A stretch of DNA of 64,000 nucleotides from Candidatus Spyradenecus sp. (GCA_045605345.1 JAZUPT010000016.1:4363-68362); one strand, 5' to 3'; counted from the stretch's first letter, positions 10,232 to 19,645 are shown. Notes: generated from the sequence alone by a model not told the origin. Numbers and translations: made by a program.

Positions 10232-11143
10232 TCAATGTCTCCTTAAGGCGCGGCGACGGAAAAGTTCTCGCACGGCGTCTACGTAGGGTTTATCTGTTGC
10301 GATGTCTAACAAATCAATGCCCGCTCGGCGGAATAAGCGCGTCTCATTCAGACGTTGTTCCGCTGCCTGTTCAGCAAATTGACGGCGCACCTCTGGAGAG
10401 GCCGTATCCACCAATACCGTGCGCCCGCTCTCGGGGTCAAGCAATTCCACGATACCGACATTTGGCAACGTCACTTCTGCCGGATCCGTCACACGGCACG
10501 CAATCACATCATGACGACGCGAGAAGGCGGTCAACTCTTTCTCAAACCCCTCATCTTGGAAGTCTGACAGCAGGAAGACCACCGCCTTTCGATGTTGCGT
10601 CGCAGAGACAAAGCGCAGTGCCGCACGGATATCGGTACCTTCAGTCGTTTCCTCTGTGGCCAAAACCTCGCGCACGAGGCGTTGCACCGCAGTGCGTCCC
10701 TTCCGCGGAGGAATAAATTGAATCACGCGATCTGAGAAGAGGACCAAACCCACCTTATCATGGTTGTCCATCGCCGTCATTGCAAGGAGCGCGGTCAGTT
10801 CTGCTGCACGCGCCGCCTTTGAACGCCCCCCTGTGCCAAAGCTCTGGCTGCCAGAGACGTCAACCATAAAGAGCACGGTCAATTCGCGTTCTTCGCTAAA
10901 GCGCTTAACAAAGGGCTCTCCCGTGCGCGCCGTGACATTCCAGTCAATCGCACGCACGTCATCTCCGGGTTGGTAGGGACGCGCCTCGTCAAATTCGATG
11001 CCTTGCCCCTTGAAGACCGAGTGGTAATCCCCACTCAATTGGTCATCCAAGAGACGTCGGGTCAGGATGCGAATACGCCTGACCTCTTTCATCAATGCTT
11101 CGGTATTGATATCCATCTGCTCAATAGCCTCTGCGGAATGCAC
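10232..11143 (-). CDS. DUF58 (vWA-like) protein, partner of MoxR ATPase
   Basis: DYHSVFKGQGIEFDEARPYQPGDDVRAIDWNVTAR...LTVLFMVDVSGS matches the DUF58 signature. It is 5 nt downstream of moxR. Confidence 0.75.
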   Translation of the reverse strand: MHSAEAIEQMDINTEALMKEVRRIRILTRRLLDDQLSGDYHSVFKGQGIEFDEARPYQPGDDVRAIDWNVTARTGEPFVKRFSEERELTVLFMVDVSGSQSFGTGGRSKAARAAELTALLAMTAMDNHDKVGLVLFSDRVIQFIPPRKGRTAVQRLVREVLATEETTEGTDIRAALRFVSATQHRKAVVFLLSDFQDEGFEKELTAFSRRHDVIACRVTDPAEVTLPNVGIVELLDPESGRTVLVDTASPEVRRQFAEQAAEQRLNETRLFRRAGIDLLDIATDKPYVDAVRELFRRRALRRH

Positions 11144-11148
11144 CCACC

Positions 11149-12135
11149 TTACGGCACAGGCACTTCGGTTAAGAGACGATCAATCACGCTGTCCGGCGTG
11201 AGATTTTCCGCTTCAGCTTCATAAGAGAGCAACAAACGATGACGCAGCACATCATGTGCCACATCCTTCACATCCTGCGGTGTGGCATAGGTGCGCCCAC
11301 GCAAAAGGGCCGTAGCACGTGCCGCCAACTTCAGGCAAATCGAAGCACGTGGCGACGCGCCCAACTGAATCGCCCCTTCAAGGCTTTCCAAGCCCTTGAA
11401 CAACGTCGGATTACGCGTTGCGAACACCAAATCCAAGATGTAATCATCCACCTTCGCATCGCAGTGCACCTCGCCCGCCGTGCGACGCAAAAGCGCGATG
11501 TCTTCAGACGTTACGCAACACGTCGGTGCGGGCACCGCCACGGCTTCAGGACGCGTATTGCCATTCATGATGCGGCGTTCATCCTCACGGCCAGGATGTT
11601 TCACCACGCACTTGAACATAAAACGGTCCGTCTGCGCTTCAGGCAAAGGATATGTGCCTTCCTGTTCAATCGGGTTCTGCGTTGCCATCACCAAGAAGGG
11701 TTCTGGTAATGCATACGTGGTATCACCCAAGGTCACCTGACGCTCCTGCATCGCTTCAAGCAGTGCCGACTGCACCTTCGCCGGTGCGCGGTTGATTTCG
11801 TCAGCAATCAAGAGATGCGTGAAGACCGGCCCCTTGCGCGGCGTGAAGGTGCCTTCTTTGTGGTTGTAGGTCAAACCACCCGTCACATCCGCAGGCAACA
11901 AATCTGGCGTAAAGGAAATACGACGCGTGTCCAATCCCAATGCCGCCGCCAAAGCACGCACAGCCGTAGTCTTTGCCAAGCCAGGCACACCTTCCAAAAG
12001 AATGTGGCCACCCGTCATGAGTGCAATTAAAAGGCTATCCAAAAGATGCTCTTGCCCCACAAGCATCTTATTCACTTCGCCACGAATCGCCGCAAGAATC
12101 TGCGTGCACCGAGTAGAACCATCTGCAGAAGACAT
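11149..12135 (-). CDS. MoxR-family AAA+ ATPase
   Basis: HILLEGVPGLAKTTAVRALA (Walker A), LIADEINRAPAKVQSALLEAMQERQVT, MoxR-type C-terminus. Confidence 0.85.
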   Translation of the reverse strand: MSSADGSTRCTQILAAIRGEVNKMLVGQEHLLDSLLIALMTGGHILLEGVPGLAKTTAVRALAAALGLDTRRISFTPDLLPADVTGGLTYNHKEGTFTPRKGPVFTHLLIADEINRAPAKVQSALLEAMQERQVTLGDTTYALPEPFLVMATQNPIEQEGTYPLPEAQTDRFMFKCVVKHPGREDERRIMNGNTRPEAVAVPAPTCCVTSEDIALLRRTAGEVHCDAKVDDYILDLVFATRNPTLFKGLESLEGAIQLGASPRASICLKLAARATALLRGRTYATPQDVKDVAHDVLRHRLLLSYEAEAENLTPDSVIDRLLTEVPVP

Positions 12136-12269
12136 AAAAATCCTTTCAAATTCAACTGTATTACCCTACATTATAGCTTATCTTCACCCACTCCTCAAGT
12201 ATTCTTCACACCAAATTCACCCCTGCATCTTCTCCCACCTCCGCGCCTCCGGAGGTCTGCTAAACAAGC

Positions 12270-12625
12270 GGGGGTGTAGAGGTGAATCGCCGTATGGAAG
12301 GTGGGCTTGAAAGTCGCCTGCAGTCCTCACCAGCCGAGGGTTTAACTGTCACAGAGGGCAGAAATAAGCCGCCGTGGTGAGGCGAGGGGACGGCTACTTC
12401 CCGTGCCATCGGCGAGGGATGATTCCCGTGTCTTCGGCGAGAGAGCATTCGGGGGTTCGGGGGGTACCCCCGTCGTTTGGTACCACTCTGGACAGCAGAT
12501 GGCTAAGAGACGGAGAGGGTGACGTGGGGGAGCACGCCGCCCCACACCCCTGCGGCAGGACTAGTCCTGCACGCTACGCATCCTAACGGATGCTTTTACT
12601 GGTGCTCACGAGGATGAAAAGAAAG
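12270..12625. repeat. mosaic intergenic repeat cluster A: two GTGARYCGCCG modules plus a three-hairpin module shared with 50.9 kb
   Basis: 12523-12614 (gtgggggagcacgccgccccacac ccctgcggcaggactagtcctgcacgctacgcatcctaacggatgcttttactggtgctcacgagga) is ~90% identical to 50887-50981. 12346-12375 ctgtcacagagggcagaaataagccgccg matches 51136-51165 ctgtcacaaaggcagaagtgagtcgccg and 43668-43690. There is no ORF longer than 77 aa in the 870-bp gap. Confidence 0.55.
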
Positions 12626-12765
12626 AGCTCTGGGGACGAAGCGCACAGCGACTGGTTAGAAGACGGCATTTATCGTAGCCACGGCCCACTGCGGCCGTAG
12701 TGCACTCTGAATAACGGGTGGTTGAAATGGACGAAGCGGGACTGTGGGTGGCTAAAATCTGGGCA

Positions 12766-12822
12766 TTATCTATCCTTAATCTATCTGATAGACGGGCCGC
12801 AGCCCGTCTGATCTATCCCTTA
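12766..12822. repeat. CTATC-flanked hairpin module (inverted copy of the core of the 38-kb tandem repeat)
   Basis: atctatccttaatctatctgatAGACGGGCcgcaGCCCGTCTgatctatccc is the reverse-complement homologue of ctatccataacctatctgacAGACGGGCcgttGCCCGTCTcatctatctctatccc at 38370-38420. Stems are identical and loops differ. Confidence 0.55.
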
Positions 12823-12986
12823 TAGGCTTCTGGGAGAGGCTCCTTCGGCACGGCACCGAGGTGGCGATTCGGAAGGTGGCACCCTATCCCGCGTTTAAGC
12901 CACTCAAAACGCCCTAATCCCCTTTACTTTTTCACGATTTTCTTGCCTTTCGCCTTCTTTTTTACTTCACGTTTTTTCTTTTTTAT

Positions 12987-12994
12987 TGTATACT
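12987..12994 (+). promoter_or_regulatory. putative extended -10 (TGTATACT) for pyrF
   Basis: tgtATACT lies ~30 nt upstream of the MADLIV start. It favours the ATG at 13024 (RBS aaagga 13009-13014) over the ORF-track start at 13006. Confidence 0.35.
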
Positions 12995-13023
12995 AAATGT
13001 GTTGAATGAAAGGATGCATTGTC

Positions 13024-13737
13024 ATGGCAGATTTAATTGTTGCACTTGATGTTTCGACCAAGGCAGAAGTCGCAGATGTGCTGCGTCGACTTGGGGATTC
13101 TGTCGATTTTTACAAAATTGGCCTTGAATTATTCTCGGCAGAGGGCCCGGATGTGGTGAAGTTGGTGAAAGATGCGGGCAAGCGCGTCTTTCTTGACTTG
13201 AAGCTTCACGACATTCCTCGCACGGTAGAACGCGCAGTGAAGTCTGGCGCGACCCTCGGCGTTGATTTGATGACCATTCACTCTACGGGTGGCAAGGCCA
13301 TGATTCGTGCAGCGGCAGAGGCGGCAGCGTCCTTTGGTGCGGCGGCACCGAAGATTTTGGCGGTGACGGCTTTGACCTCGCTTGACCAGGATGACTTGAC
13401 TGATTTGGGCATTACGCGTGCAATGCCAGACCAGGTGGAAGCAATGGGCTTGCTGGCGATTACCAACGGTGCCGACGGCATTGTGTGTTCGCCCAAGGAA
13501 GTGGCCAACATGAATAAGGTCTTAATCCCTGCGGCAAATGGTCGCAAGGTCGTCTTTGTCACCCCTGGCGTCCGTCCCGCAGGTGCCGCAGTGGGCGATC
13601 AGAAGCGCGTTGCTACACCCGCTGGCGCCGTGCGTGATGGCTCCACCCACTTGGTGGTGGGTCGTCCGATTCTTGAAGCAGTCGATCCCGTGGCGGCAGC
13701 AATTGCCATCCGCGCTGAGATGGACTCTGTCCGCTAA
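13024..13737 (+). CDS. pyrF: orotidine-5'-phosphate decarboxylase
   Basis: MADLIVALDV...FYKIGLELF...FLDLKLHDIP matches OMP decarboxylase motifs. The ORF track starts 18 nt earlier at 13006, but the RBS and promoter position favour 13024. Confidence 0.85.
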   Translation: MADLIVALDVSTKAEVADVLRRLGDSVDFYKIGLELFSAEGPDVVKLVKDAGKRVFLDLKLHDIPRTVERAVKSGATLGVDLMTIHSTGGKAMIRAAAEAAASFGAAAPKILAVTALTSLDQDDLTDLGITRAMPDQVEAMGLLAITNGADGIVCSPKEVANMNKVLIPAANGRKVVFVTPGVRPAGAAVGDQKRVATPAGAVRDGSTHLVVGRPILEAVDPVAAAIAIRAEMDSVR

Positions 13738-13745
13738 GGAGCGGC

Positions 13746-14195
13746 TTGAAAAAGTCGAGCACATTCGTTTCAAAGGGCACCCCAACGCCACTCGAAGTGG
13801 CGGGTGCCCCTGATTATGAAGTGCCAACAACTTACACCTCACACCTTCACCCGGCTGATTTACCGCGTGACTATGGCATGTCTGGCGCAGTGGGCGCTTA
13901 CGAAGTAAAGCCCCTCGCCGGATTTTTGCAAAAGACGCTCAATGCCTTAGAGCAACAGCTTGGCACGGGCGACTCGGCCGAAGCACTGGTCGTTGCGGCA
14001 TTAGACCATTTAATGCCCGCGGCAGAGCGTTATCGCCTCGCAGTAGAATCCGTGAGCGCAGGCATTATCACCCTCTCCCTCGCGCGCAAGGGTGATCGTT
14101 ATCTCTACAATCGAACCTTAGTCCCCAAACTCAAAACCGCATTAGCGCCACATTTAGGCGCGGTGCGCATCCAATTGACGGACCGCATGCGATGA
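13746..14195 (+). CDS. hypothetical protein (weak DUF721/DciA-like C-terminal pattern), translationally coupled to kdtA
   Basis: TTG start at 13746 is preceded by AAGGAG (13736-13741). The stop overlaps the kdtA ATG (ATGA). The N-terminus is disordered and there is no confident homology. A nested GC hairpin lies at 13773-13811 inside the putative 5' coding region, so the real start may be the ATG at ~13869. Confidence 0.4.
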   Translation: MKKSSTFVSKGTPTPLEVAGAPDYEVPTTYTSHLHPADLPRDYGMSGAVGAYEVKPLAGFLQKTLNALEQQLGTGDSAEALVVAALDHLMPAAERYRLAVESVSAGIITLSLARKGDRYLYNRTLVPKLKTALAPHLGAVRIQLTDRMR

Positions 14196-15487
14196 AATGG
14201 TTCCTCTATAACTTCCTTTTTACCATCGCTTACATTTGCATGATGCCCAAATTCCTGTGGCGTATGGCGCGACGTGGCGGTTATGTCAATCGCTTCGCCG
14301 ACCGCTTCGGATGCTATCCGCCAGAGATTTTGGCCCGCTTTAATGATGGTCGAAAGCGCTTTTGGATTCACGCGGTCTCCGTGGGCGAAGTGGCGGTGGC
14401 AGGCCAGCTCATGGAAGAACTGCGCCAACAGTCCCCCGACATCGCCTTCGTCCTCTCGGTGACGAGCAGTACAGGGTGGACGCAAGCGCAGAAACAGGTC
14501 CGCGACAATGACATTTTGATTCATAATCCATTGGATATGCCGCGCTGCGTCAAGCGCGCATTAGACGCCATCCGTCCAGAGGCCTACATCATCACAGAGA
14601 CCGAACTCTGGCCGAACATCATCCGTCTGGCAACCCAACGCGACATCCCTGTTTTCTTGGTAAATGCCCGTATCTCCGACCGAAGCGCGCCGGGATACCG
14701 CCGCTTGAAGTGTTGGTTCGGGCCTGTACTCAACATGATGACGCGCATCTATGCCCAGTCCGACCTTGATGCCCAGCGTCTCTGCGATGCAGGATGTGAC
14801 GCCGAACGCATCGAAGTCACCGGCTCCATGAAGTTTGACGTGGCCCATCGCAACGAAGCCAAAGAAGCCGAACTGCGCGACTATCTGACCAGCGCAGGCT
14901 TCTCCTCCAATGCACGCATTCTGCTCGGGGGCTCCACCTGGCCAGGCGAAGATGCCTTCCTTTTAAAGGTTTACGCCAAAGCTCGCGCGATTGACCCCAA
15001 CTTACGCTTAATCCTCGCCCCGCGCCACTTTGAAAAGGCCGACGCAGTGGAAGCAAACATCCGTGCAGCGGGCTTCACATGCCTCCGCCGTTCACGCGTA
15101 GCCACCCCCACCCCCATGCCAGAAGACACCGTTCTGCTCGCCGATACCACAGGAGAACTGATGGGGCTCTATGGCCTTGCCGACGTGGCATTTGTGGGTA
15201 AATCCCTCTATGAACATGGCGCTCAAAACATGATTGAACCCTGCCTCTGCGGATGTGCGACCGTAGTCGGCCCCAATACGGAAAACTTCCGTCCAGTGAT
15301 GAGCGACTTATTAGCACATGAAGCCATTTTGCAAGCCCCCGATGAAGCCGCGCTTGAAAAAACGTTGCTTGAGCTTTTGGAAGACCCCACCTCAGCGAAA
15401 GCCCTTGGTGGACGGAGTTCAAAAGCCGTCGCGTTACGTTGCGGTGTCACACCGCGTCTCGTTTCAGATTTGCTAAAGCGCATCTAA
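14192..15487 (+). CDS. waaA: 3-deoxy-D-manno-octulosonic acid transferase (Kdo transferase)
   Basis: N-terminal membrane anchor plus WIHAVSVGEV, and the C-terminal glycosyltransferase domain (VGKSLYEHGAQNMIEP), are typical of KdtA/WaaA. Confidence 0.85.
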   Translation: MKWFLYNFLFTIAYICMMPKFLWRMARRGGYVNRFADRFGCYPPEILARFNDGRKRFWIHAVSVGEVAVAGQLMEELRQQSPDIAFVLSVTSSTGWTQAQKQVRDNDILIHNPLDMPRCVKRALDAIRPEAYIITETELWPNIIRLATQRDIPVFLVNARISDRSAPGYRRLKCWFGPVLNMMTRIYAQSDLDAQRLCDAGCDAERIEVTGSMKFDVAHRNEAKEAELRDYLTSAGFSSNARILLGGSTWPGEDAFLLKVYAKARAIDPNLRLILAPRHFEKADAVEANIRAAGFTCLRRSRVATPTPMPEDTVLLADTTGELMGLYGLADVAFVGKSLYEHGAQNMIEPCLCGCATVVGPNTENFRPVMSDLLAHEAILQAPDEAALEKTLLELLEDPTSAKALGGRSSKAVALRCGVTPRLVSDLLKRI

Positions 15488-15536
15488 ATCGTGGAGCCTG
15501 CCTACATTCAACACCCCAAAGGAAAGTGAGACTGAC

Positions 15537-16742
15537 ATGTCAGAAGTCACATTAGAAAAAATCCGAGAAGCTGCCGAAGTCCTTAAAGGGATCGCCCGCC
15601 GGACGGATATGATCTATGCTCCCAAACTCTCCATCCGTTCTCAAGTCTATTTGAAAACCGAAAACCTGCAGATCACGGGTTCCTTCAAAGTGCGTGGCGC
15701 GTACTACAAACTCTCTACGCTCACCGATGAAGAACTCTCTCGCGGTGTGATTGCTTGCAGCGCAGGCAACCATGCTCAGGGCGTGGCATTAGGCGCGCAA
15801 CAGCGCGGCGCGAAGGCAATCATCTGCATGCCCGACATCGCACCGATTGCCAAGGTGGAAGCCACGAAGAGCTACGGTGCAGAAGTTCGCCTTGTGCCGG
15901 GCACTTACGATGATGCGAGCGCCTACGCTGCAAAGCTCTGCCGTGAAGAAAACATGACCTTCGTCCACCCCTTTGACGACCCGAATGTCATTGCGGGCCA
16001 GGGCACGGTCGGTCTTGAAATTTTGGAACAGCTCCCCGATGTGGAAGCAGTTATGATTCCCGTGGGTGGCGGCGGCTTAATCTCTGGTGTGGCCTATGCG
16101 ATTAAGCAACTCAAGCCAGACTGCAAGGTCTATGGCGTTGAAGCCGCAGAAGCAGCGAGTATGAAGCGCTCTGTAGAAGCGCAGGATCGCCTGACCCTCG
16201 CCTCTGCCAACACCTTTGCAGATGGTATCGCCGTGAAGCACCCTGGCAGCTTGACCTTCGACATGGTCAATAAGTACGTGGATGGCATCGTGACCGTATC
16301 TGAAGATGAAATCGCCGCCGCGATCCTCTTCTTAATTGAACAGCGCAAACTCGTCTGCGAAGGCGCAGGTGCTGTCTCTGTGGCCGCCATGATTTATGAC
16401 AAGGTGCCCGAGTTGCAGGGCAAAAAGGTCTGCTGTTTGCTCTCTGGTGGTAACATTGATGTCAACATCCTTAGCCGCGTGATTTATCGTGGTCTCCAGG
16501 CCAGCGGTCGCCGTACCGAAATTCGCCTCTGCCTGCCGGATAAGCCCGGTCAGCTCGCAGCCGTTTCTGAAATTGTCTCCAAGTGCGGTGGCAATGTCAT
16601 CAACGTGAGCTACGGCCCCTCCGCCATGGATACCGCCCTTGCCACCTGCGTGCTCAACCTGCAACTCGAAACCCGTGACTTCGTCCAGATTGGCGAAATC
16701 CATGGCGCACTTGAAGCGGCAGGCTATAACCTCTTACACTGA
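15537..16742 (+). CDS. ilvA: threonine ammonia-lyase (threonine dehydratase), short form with one C-terminal ACT-like domain
   Basis: GSFKVRGAYYKL, the PLP-lysine region, SAGNHAQGVA and GGGGLISG match the fold-type II PLP enzyme, with a C-terminal regulatory domain. Confidence 0.85.
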   Translation: MSEVTLEKIREAAEVLKGIARRTDMIYAPKLSIRSQVYLKTENLQITGSFKVRGAYYKLSTLTDEELSRGVIACSAGNHAQGVALGAQQRGAKAIICMPDIAPIAKVEATKSYGAEVRLVPGTYDDASAYAAKLCREENMTFVHPFDDPNVIAGQGTVGLEILEQLPDVEAVMIPVGGGGLISGVAYAIKQLKPDCKVYGVEAAEAASMKRSVEAQDRLTLASANTFADGIAVKHPGSLTFDMVNKYVDGIVTVSEDEIAAAILFLIEQRKLVCEGAGAVSVAAMIYDKVPELQGKKVCCLLSGGNIDVNILSRVIYRGLQASGRRTEIRLCLPDKPGQLAAVSEIVSKCGGNVINVSYGPSAMDTALATCVLNLQLETRDFVQIGEIHGALEAAGYNLLH

Positions 16743-16767
16743 TTCCCGTCAACACCGGAACCTTGAT

Positions 16768-17496
16768 ATGCTGAACCTGGAGAATGTCACCCTACTGTAC
16801 GCGCCGAACCGTGGCATCCAAGAGGCCTCCCTCTCGGTTGAACCCGGCGAAGTCATTGGCGTAGTCGGCGGCAATGGCGTCGGCAAAAGTACCTTGTTAG
16901 GATTAATTGCCGCGGCGCTTGTCCCGCAGTATGGCAGGGTTACACTCTCCTTAGCGGGAATTGGCGGACGCGTTCGCCGACTTCAGTCTGATATCGGCAT
17001 CGGTTATCGACGCCATGTCGGTTATCTCACTGAGTCGGCGCCCGTCTATGGCGAACTCACCGTAAAGCACTATCTCGCCTTCCGTGCACGACTTCATGGG
17101 GTGGGTCTCTTCCGTCTGCGTCGTCGATTGAACGAAGCAATGTTGCGCTGCGGCCTGCAACCCCATAAGAAGGAACTCCTTGGGCGACTTTCCCTGGGTC
17201 TCCAGCGTCGCGTAGCACTCGCAGAAGCACTGCTCTCTGCGCCAGCAGTGCTCGTCTTGGACGATCCATTCGTGGGCATTGATGCCGCCCAACGGAGCAC
17301 GATTGCCAATGTCATCCGTGAAGTCTCCACCCGTTCACACGTCTTCATCAGTGGCCATGACCCGCTCCTTTTGAAGGCCTGTTGCACACGGTTTGTCCTC
17401 ATTGAAAATGCACGCATCGTTGCGGACGACTTGGATGCCGACACCGCCATGAATCGGCTCTTACCCGAACCCCTTCGGAAGGAAACAGAAGCATGA
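16768..17496 (+). CDS. ABC transporter ATP-binding protein
   Basis: Walker A GGNGVGKST, signature LSLGLQRR and Walker B VLVLDDP. The start is placed at ATG 16768 (MLNLENV), just after the ilvA stop, whereas the ORF track begins inside ilvA. Confidence 0.75.
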   Translation: MLNLENVTLLYAPNRGIQEASLSVEPGEVIGVVGGNGVGKSTLLGLIAAALVPQYGRVTLSLAGIGGRVRRLQSDIGIGYRRHVGYLTESAPVYGELTVKHYLAFRARLHGVGLFRLRRRLNEAMLRCGLQPHKKELLGRLSLGLQRRVALAEALLSAPAVLVLDDPFVGIDAAQRSTIANVIREVSTRSHVFISGHDPLLLKACCTRFVLIENARIVADDLDADTAMNRLLPEPLRKETEA

Positions 17497-18245
17497 TTTT
17501 CTTCACACTCTTACGACGGGAATTCCCGCAATTGGTGCGCTCGGGGCACGGCATTGTGCCGATTTTCCTCTCGTTGGCAGGCGCCAATGCACTCTTGGTA
17601 AGTTTTTTAATGAAGGCCGAAGGCACCACCGAGACCCTGCCCTCATTGTGGGGATTAGCGGTTGCATTTGGGCTCCCCTTCTTGGCAGCAGTGGCGGCAT
17701 CAAGAGGGTTTACACAAGACCGTGAAAACGGCATGCTCCGATTGATGTTCTCAACGCCCGTACGTGCGCGGTGGTGGGTTTTGGGAAAGGTCGGCGCAGC
17801 GTGGATGCTCTGCCTCTTTTATCTCTTAGGGATGGCGACCTCTTGCTATGTGCTCCTGCGGTGGCTCCTCCCCGAAGATGCGCAACTCTCTTACTCATGG
17901 ACAGGCTTCCTCTTCGCAGGTGGCGCACTGATGCTACAGGCTCTCTTATGGTGTAGCCTTGGAACCTTTGTCTCCCTCTTTTCACGAAGCTCTGCCTCCA
18001 CCTTCCTCTTTGCATTGGTCAGTTGCCTCTTCGCACCGCCTTTGGTGGTATTCGCTTTAACGACCTTGACCACTGGAAGCATGACGCAATGGCCGTGGTT
18101 CCCCTTACAAACGATGGTGTATGACTGCGCGAGTGGGCTCATTGATGTCCGCTTAGCAGTTGGGTGCCTCACTGGCTCACTCGTGTTAATTTACGCATCG
18201 GGCATGGTATTTGACGCATTACGACTCTGTGCGACTGAACGATAA
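17493..18245 (+). CDS. ABC-2-type transporter permease (6 TM)
   Basis: Hydrophobic polytopic protein overlapping the ABC ATPase stop by 4 nt (ATGA). Confidence 0.55.
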   Translation: MIFFTLLRREFPQLVRSGHGIVPIFLSLAGANALLVSFLMKAEGTTETLPSLWGLAVAFGLPFLAAVAASRGFTQDRENGMLRLMFSTPVRARWWVLGKVGAAWMLCLFYLLGMATSCYVLLRWLLPEDAQLSYSWTGFLFAGGALMLQALLWCSLGTFVSLFSRSSASTFLFALVSCLFAPPLVVFALTTLTTGSMTQWPWFPLQTMVYDCASGLIDVRLAVGCLTGSLVLIYASGMVFDALRLCATER

Positions 18246-18253
18246 TCTGAAAC

Positions 18254-19186
18254 ATGACGCATCTCGAACAGATTAAGACCTATCTTCAGAACGCCTTTTC
18301 AACTGGGCGCCCTGCACAGGCGTATATCATCATTGGACCTGTCTACCAAGATGGTGCCGCGCTTGCAACATGGATTGGCTCCCAACTCATCGGAGAGATG
18401 CCCTCAATCGCAGATCGTGCGCATCCAGACATGCCATGGTTTGAGCCAGAAAAGGTCAGTCGCATTATTGACGTGGAGATGATGCGCGACCGAATCCTAC
18501 CGATGGCGCAACAATCCTCACTCTCTGGTGGATGGAAAGTGCCCGTCATTGTCTCTGCAGACCGCATGAAAGCAGAGGCGGCGAATGCCTTCCTAAAGAC
18601 CTTGGAAGAGCCCCCACCACGCACCCTCTTTTTACTCTTAGCCGACTCCCTCGCGGATATGTTACCTACGATTATCTCTCGTAGCCAAGTCATCCACGTG
18701 GGCGGTACGCGTGAACTGGATGAGCCGTGGCGCACGACGGTATTGGATTTACTCACCAACATCCGTGAGAAATCCGCCTTACTGGACACCGTTCGCGCAG
18801 AAGTGCTCTGTGGCATCTTGGAAGATATGGCTGATCGCGCAGGAAAAGCGGTACGAGAGGAACGCAAAGACAGCCCCATCGATGATGATGCCGACACCTT
18901 AAAGGCGCTCATTGGAGCAAAGACAAAATCGTGGCGCAACGACCTACTCCTCTTAATAGAACGCTGGATGCGTGATTTGGTTCGCCTCAAAGCCTCTGGC
19001 GAAGCGACTGACGTCCCCCTTAACTTCCCCGAACATCGAACAGTTTTACAACAACGTGCCGCGTGTTATACCCTCGCGAAACTATTAGAAAACCTCACGA
19101 TGTTAGAACAATTTACCGTTCATTTGGAGCGCAATATCTCCCCCGCCCAGGTGCTCCCCTATTGGATGGATCGCTTTTATCTCTAA
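18254..19186 (+). CDS. holB: DNA polymerase III delta-prime-like subunit
   Basis: ANAFLKTLEEPPPRTLFLLLA is the clamp-loader TLEEPP box. The P-loop is degenerate, consistent with delta'. Confidence 0.65.
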   Translation: MTHLEQIKTYLQNAFSTGRPAQAYIIIGPVYQDGAALATWIGSQLIGEMPSIADRAHPDMPWFEPEKVSRIIDVEMMRDRILPMAQQSSLSGGWKVPVIVSADRMKAEAANAFLKTLEEPPPRTLFLLLADSLADMLPTIISRSQVIHVGGTRELDEPWRTTVLDLLTNIREKSALLDTVRAEVLCGILEDMADRAGKAVREERKDSPIDDDADTLKALIGAKTKSWRNDLLLLIERWMRDLVRLKASGEATDVPLNFPEHRTVLQQRAACYTLAKLLENLTMLEQFTVHLERNISPAQVLPYWMDRFYL

Positions 19187-19194
19187 GGAGAATT

Positions 19195-19632
19195 ATGAAA
19201 TTACTCTTACTCAATGGCCCCAATCTTCGCCTTTTAGGCACGCGTGAGCCCGATATTTACGGTTCTTTCACCCTCGCCGATGCGGAAGCCTTAGCGAAGA
19301 CCACCGCAGAAAAGCACGGTGCCACGTTGGATGCGTTCCAAAGTGACATCGAGGGCGAACTCGTCTCGGCAATTGGTCAAGCGCGTGGCGTTTATGATGG
19401 CATCATCATCAATCCCGCCGCCTACACGCACACCTCCGTGGCGCTGCGTGATGCCATCGCCGCCGCCAGCCTCCCAACCGTAGAATTGCACATCTCCAAC
19501 ACCCACAAGCGCGAAGCCTTTCGTCACGTGAGCTACACCGCCCCCGTCTGCGTCGCGCAGTTGCAGGGATTTGGCTTGATTGGTTACGCACTTGCAGTGG
19601 AAGGCCTTGTCGCTTATTTGAACCAACATTGA
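19195..19632 (+). CDS. aroQ: 3-dehydroquinate dehydratase, type II
   Basis: MKLLLLNGPNLRLLGTREPDIYG...INPAAYTHTSVALRDA matches the type II DHQase signature. The ORF-track start at 19063 lies inside holB; the real start is ATG 19195 with RBS aaggag. Confidence 0.85.
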   Translation: MKLLLLNGPNLRLLGTREPDIYGSFTLADAEALAKTTAEKHGATLDAFQSDIEGELVSAIGQARGVYDGIIINPAAYTHTSVALRDAIAAASLPTVELHISNTHKREAFRHVSYTAPVCVAQLQGFGLIGYALAVEGLVAYLNQH

Positions 19633-19645
19633 TTAAGGAAAACTT

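Noticed and set aside
12270-12640. Possibility that intergenic region A encodes RNase P RNA, tmRNA, SRP or 6S RNA
   Set aside because: Faint resemblance of GAAAGTCGCC / CAGAAATAAGCCGCC to the RNase P P4 strands was noted. However, the two pieces are only ~60 nt apart, the GGUAAGAGCGCACC-type and other universally conserved blocks are absent, no tRNA-like 3' end or ANDENYALAA-type tag reading frame is present, and the same motifs recur in other intergenic regions as repeat modules.
16639-16767. Upstream extension of the ABC ATPase ORF (ORF-track start 16639)
   Set aside because: The extension overlaps the 3' end of ilvA in another frame. The ATG at 16768 gives a normal ABC N-terminus and removes the overlap.
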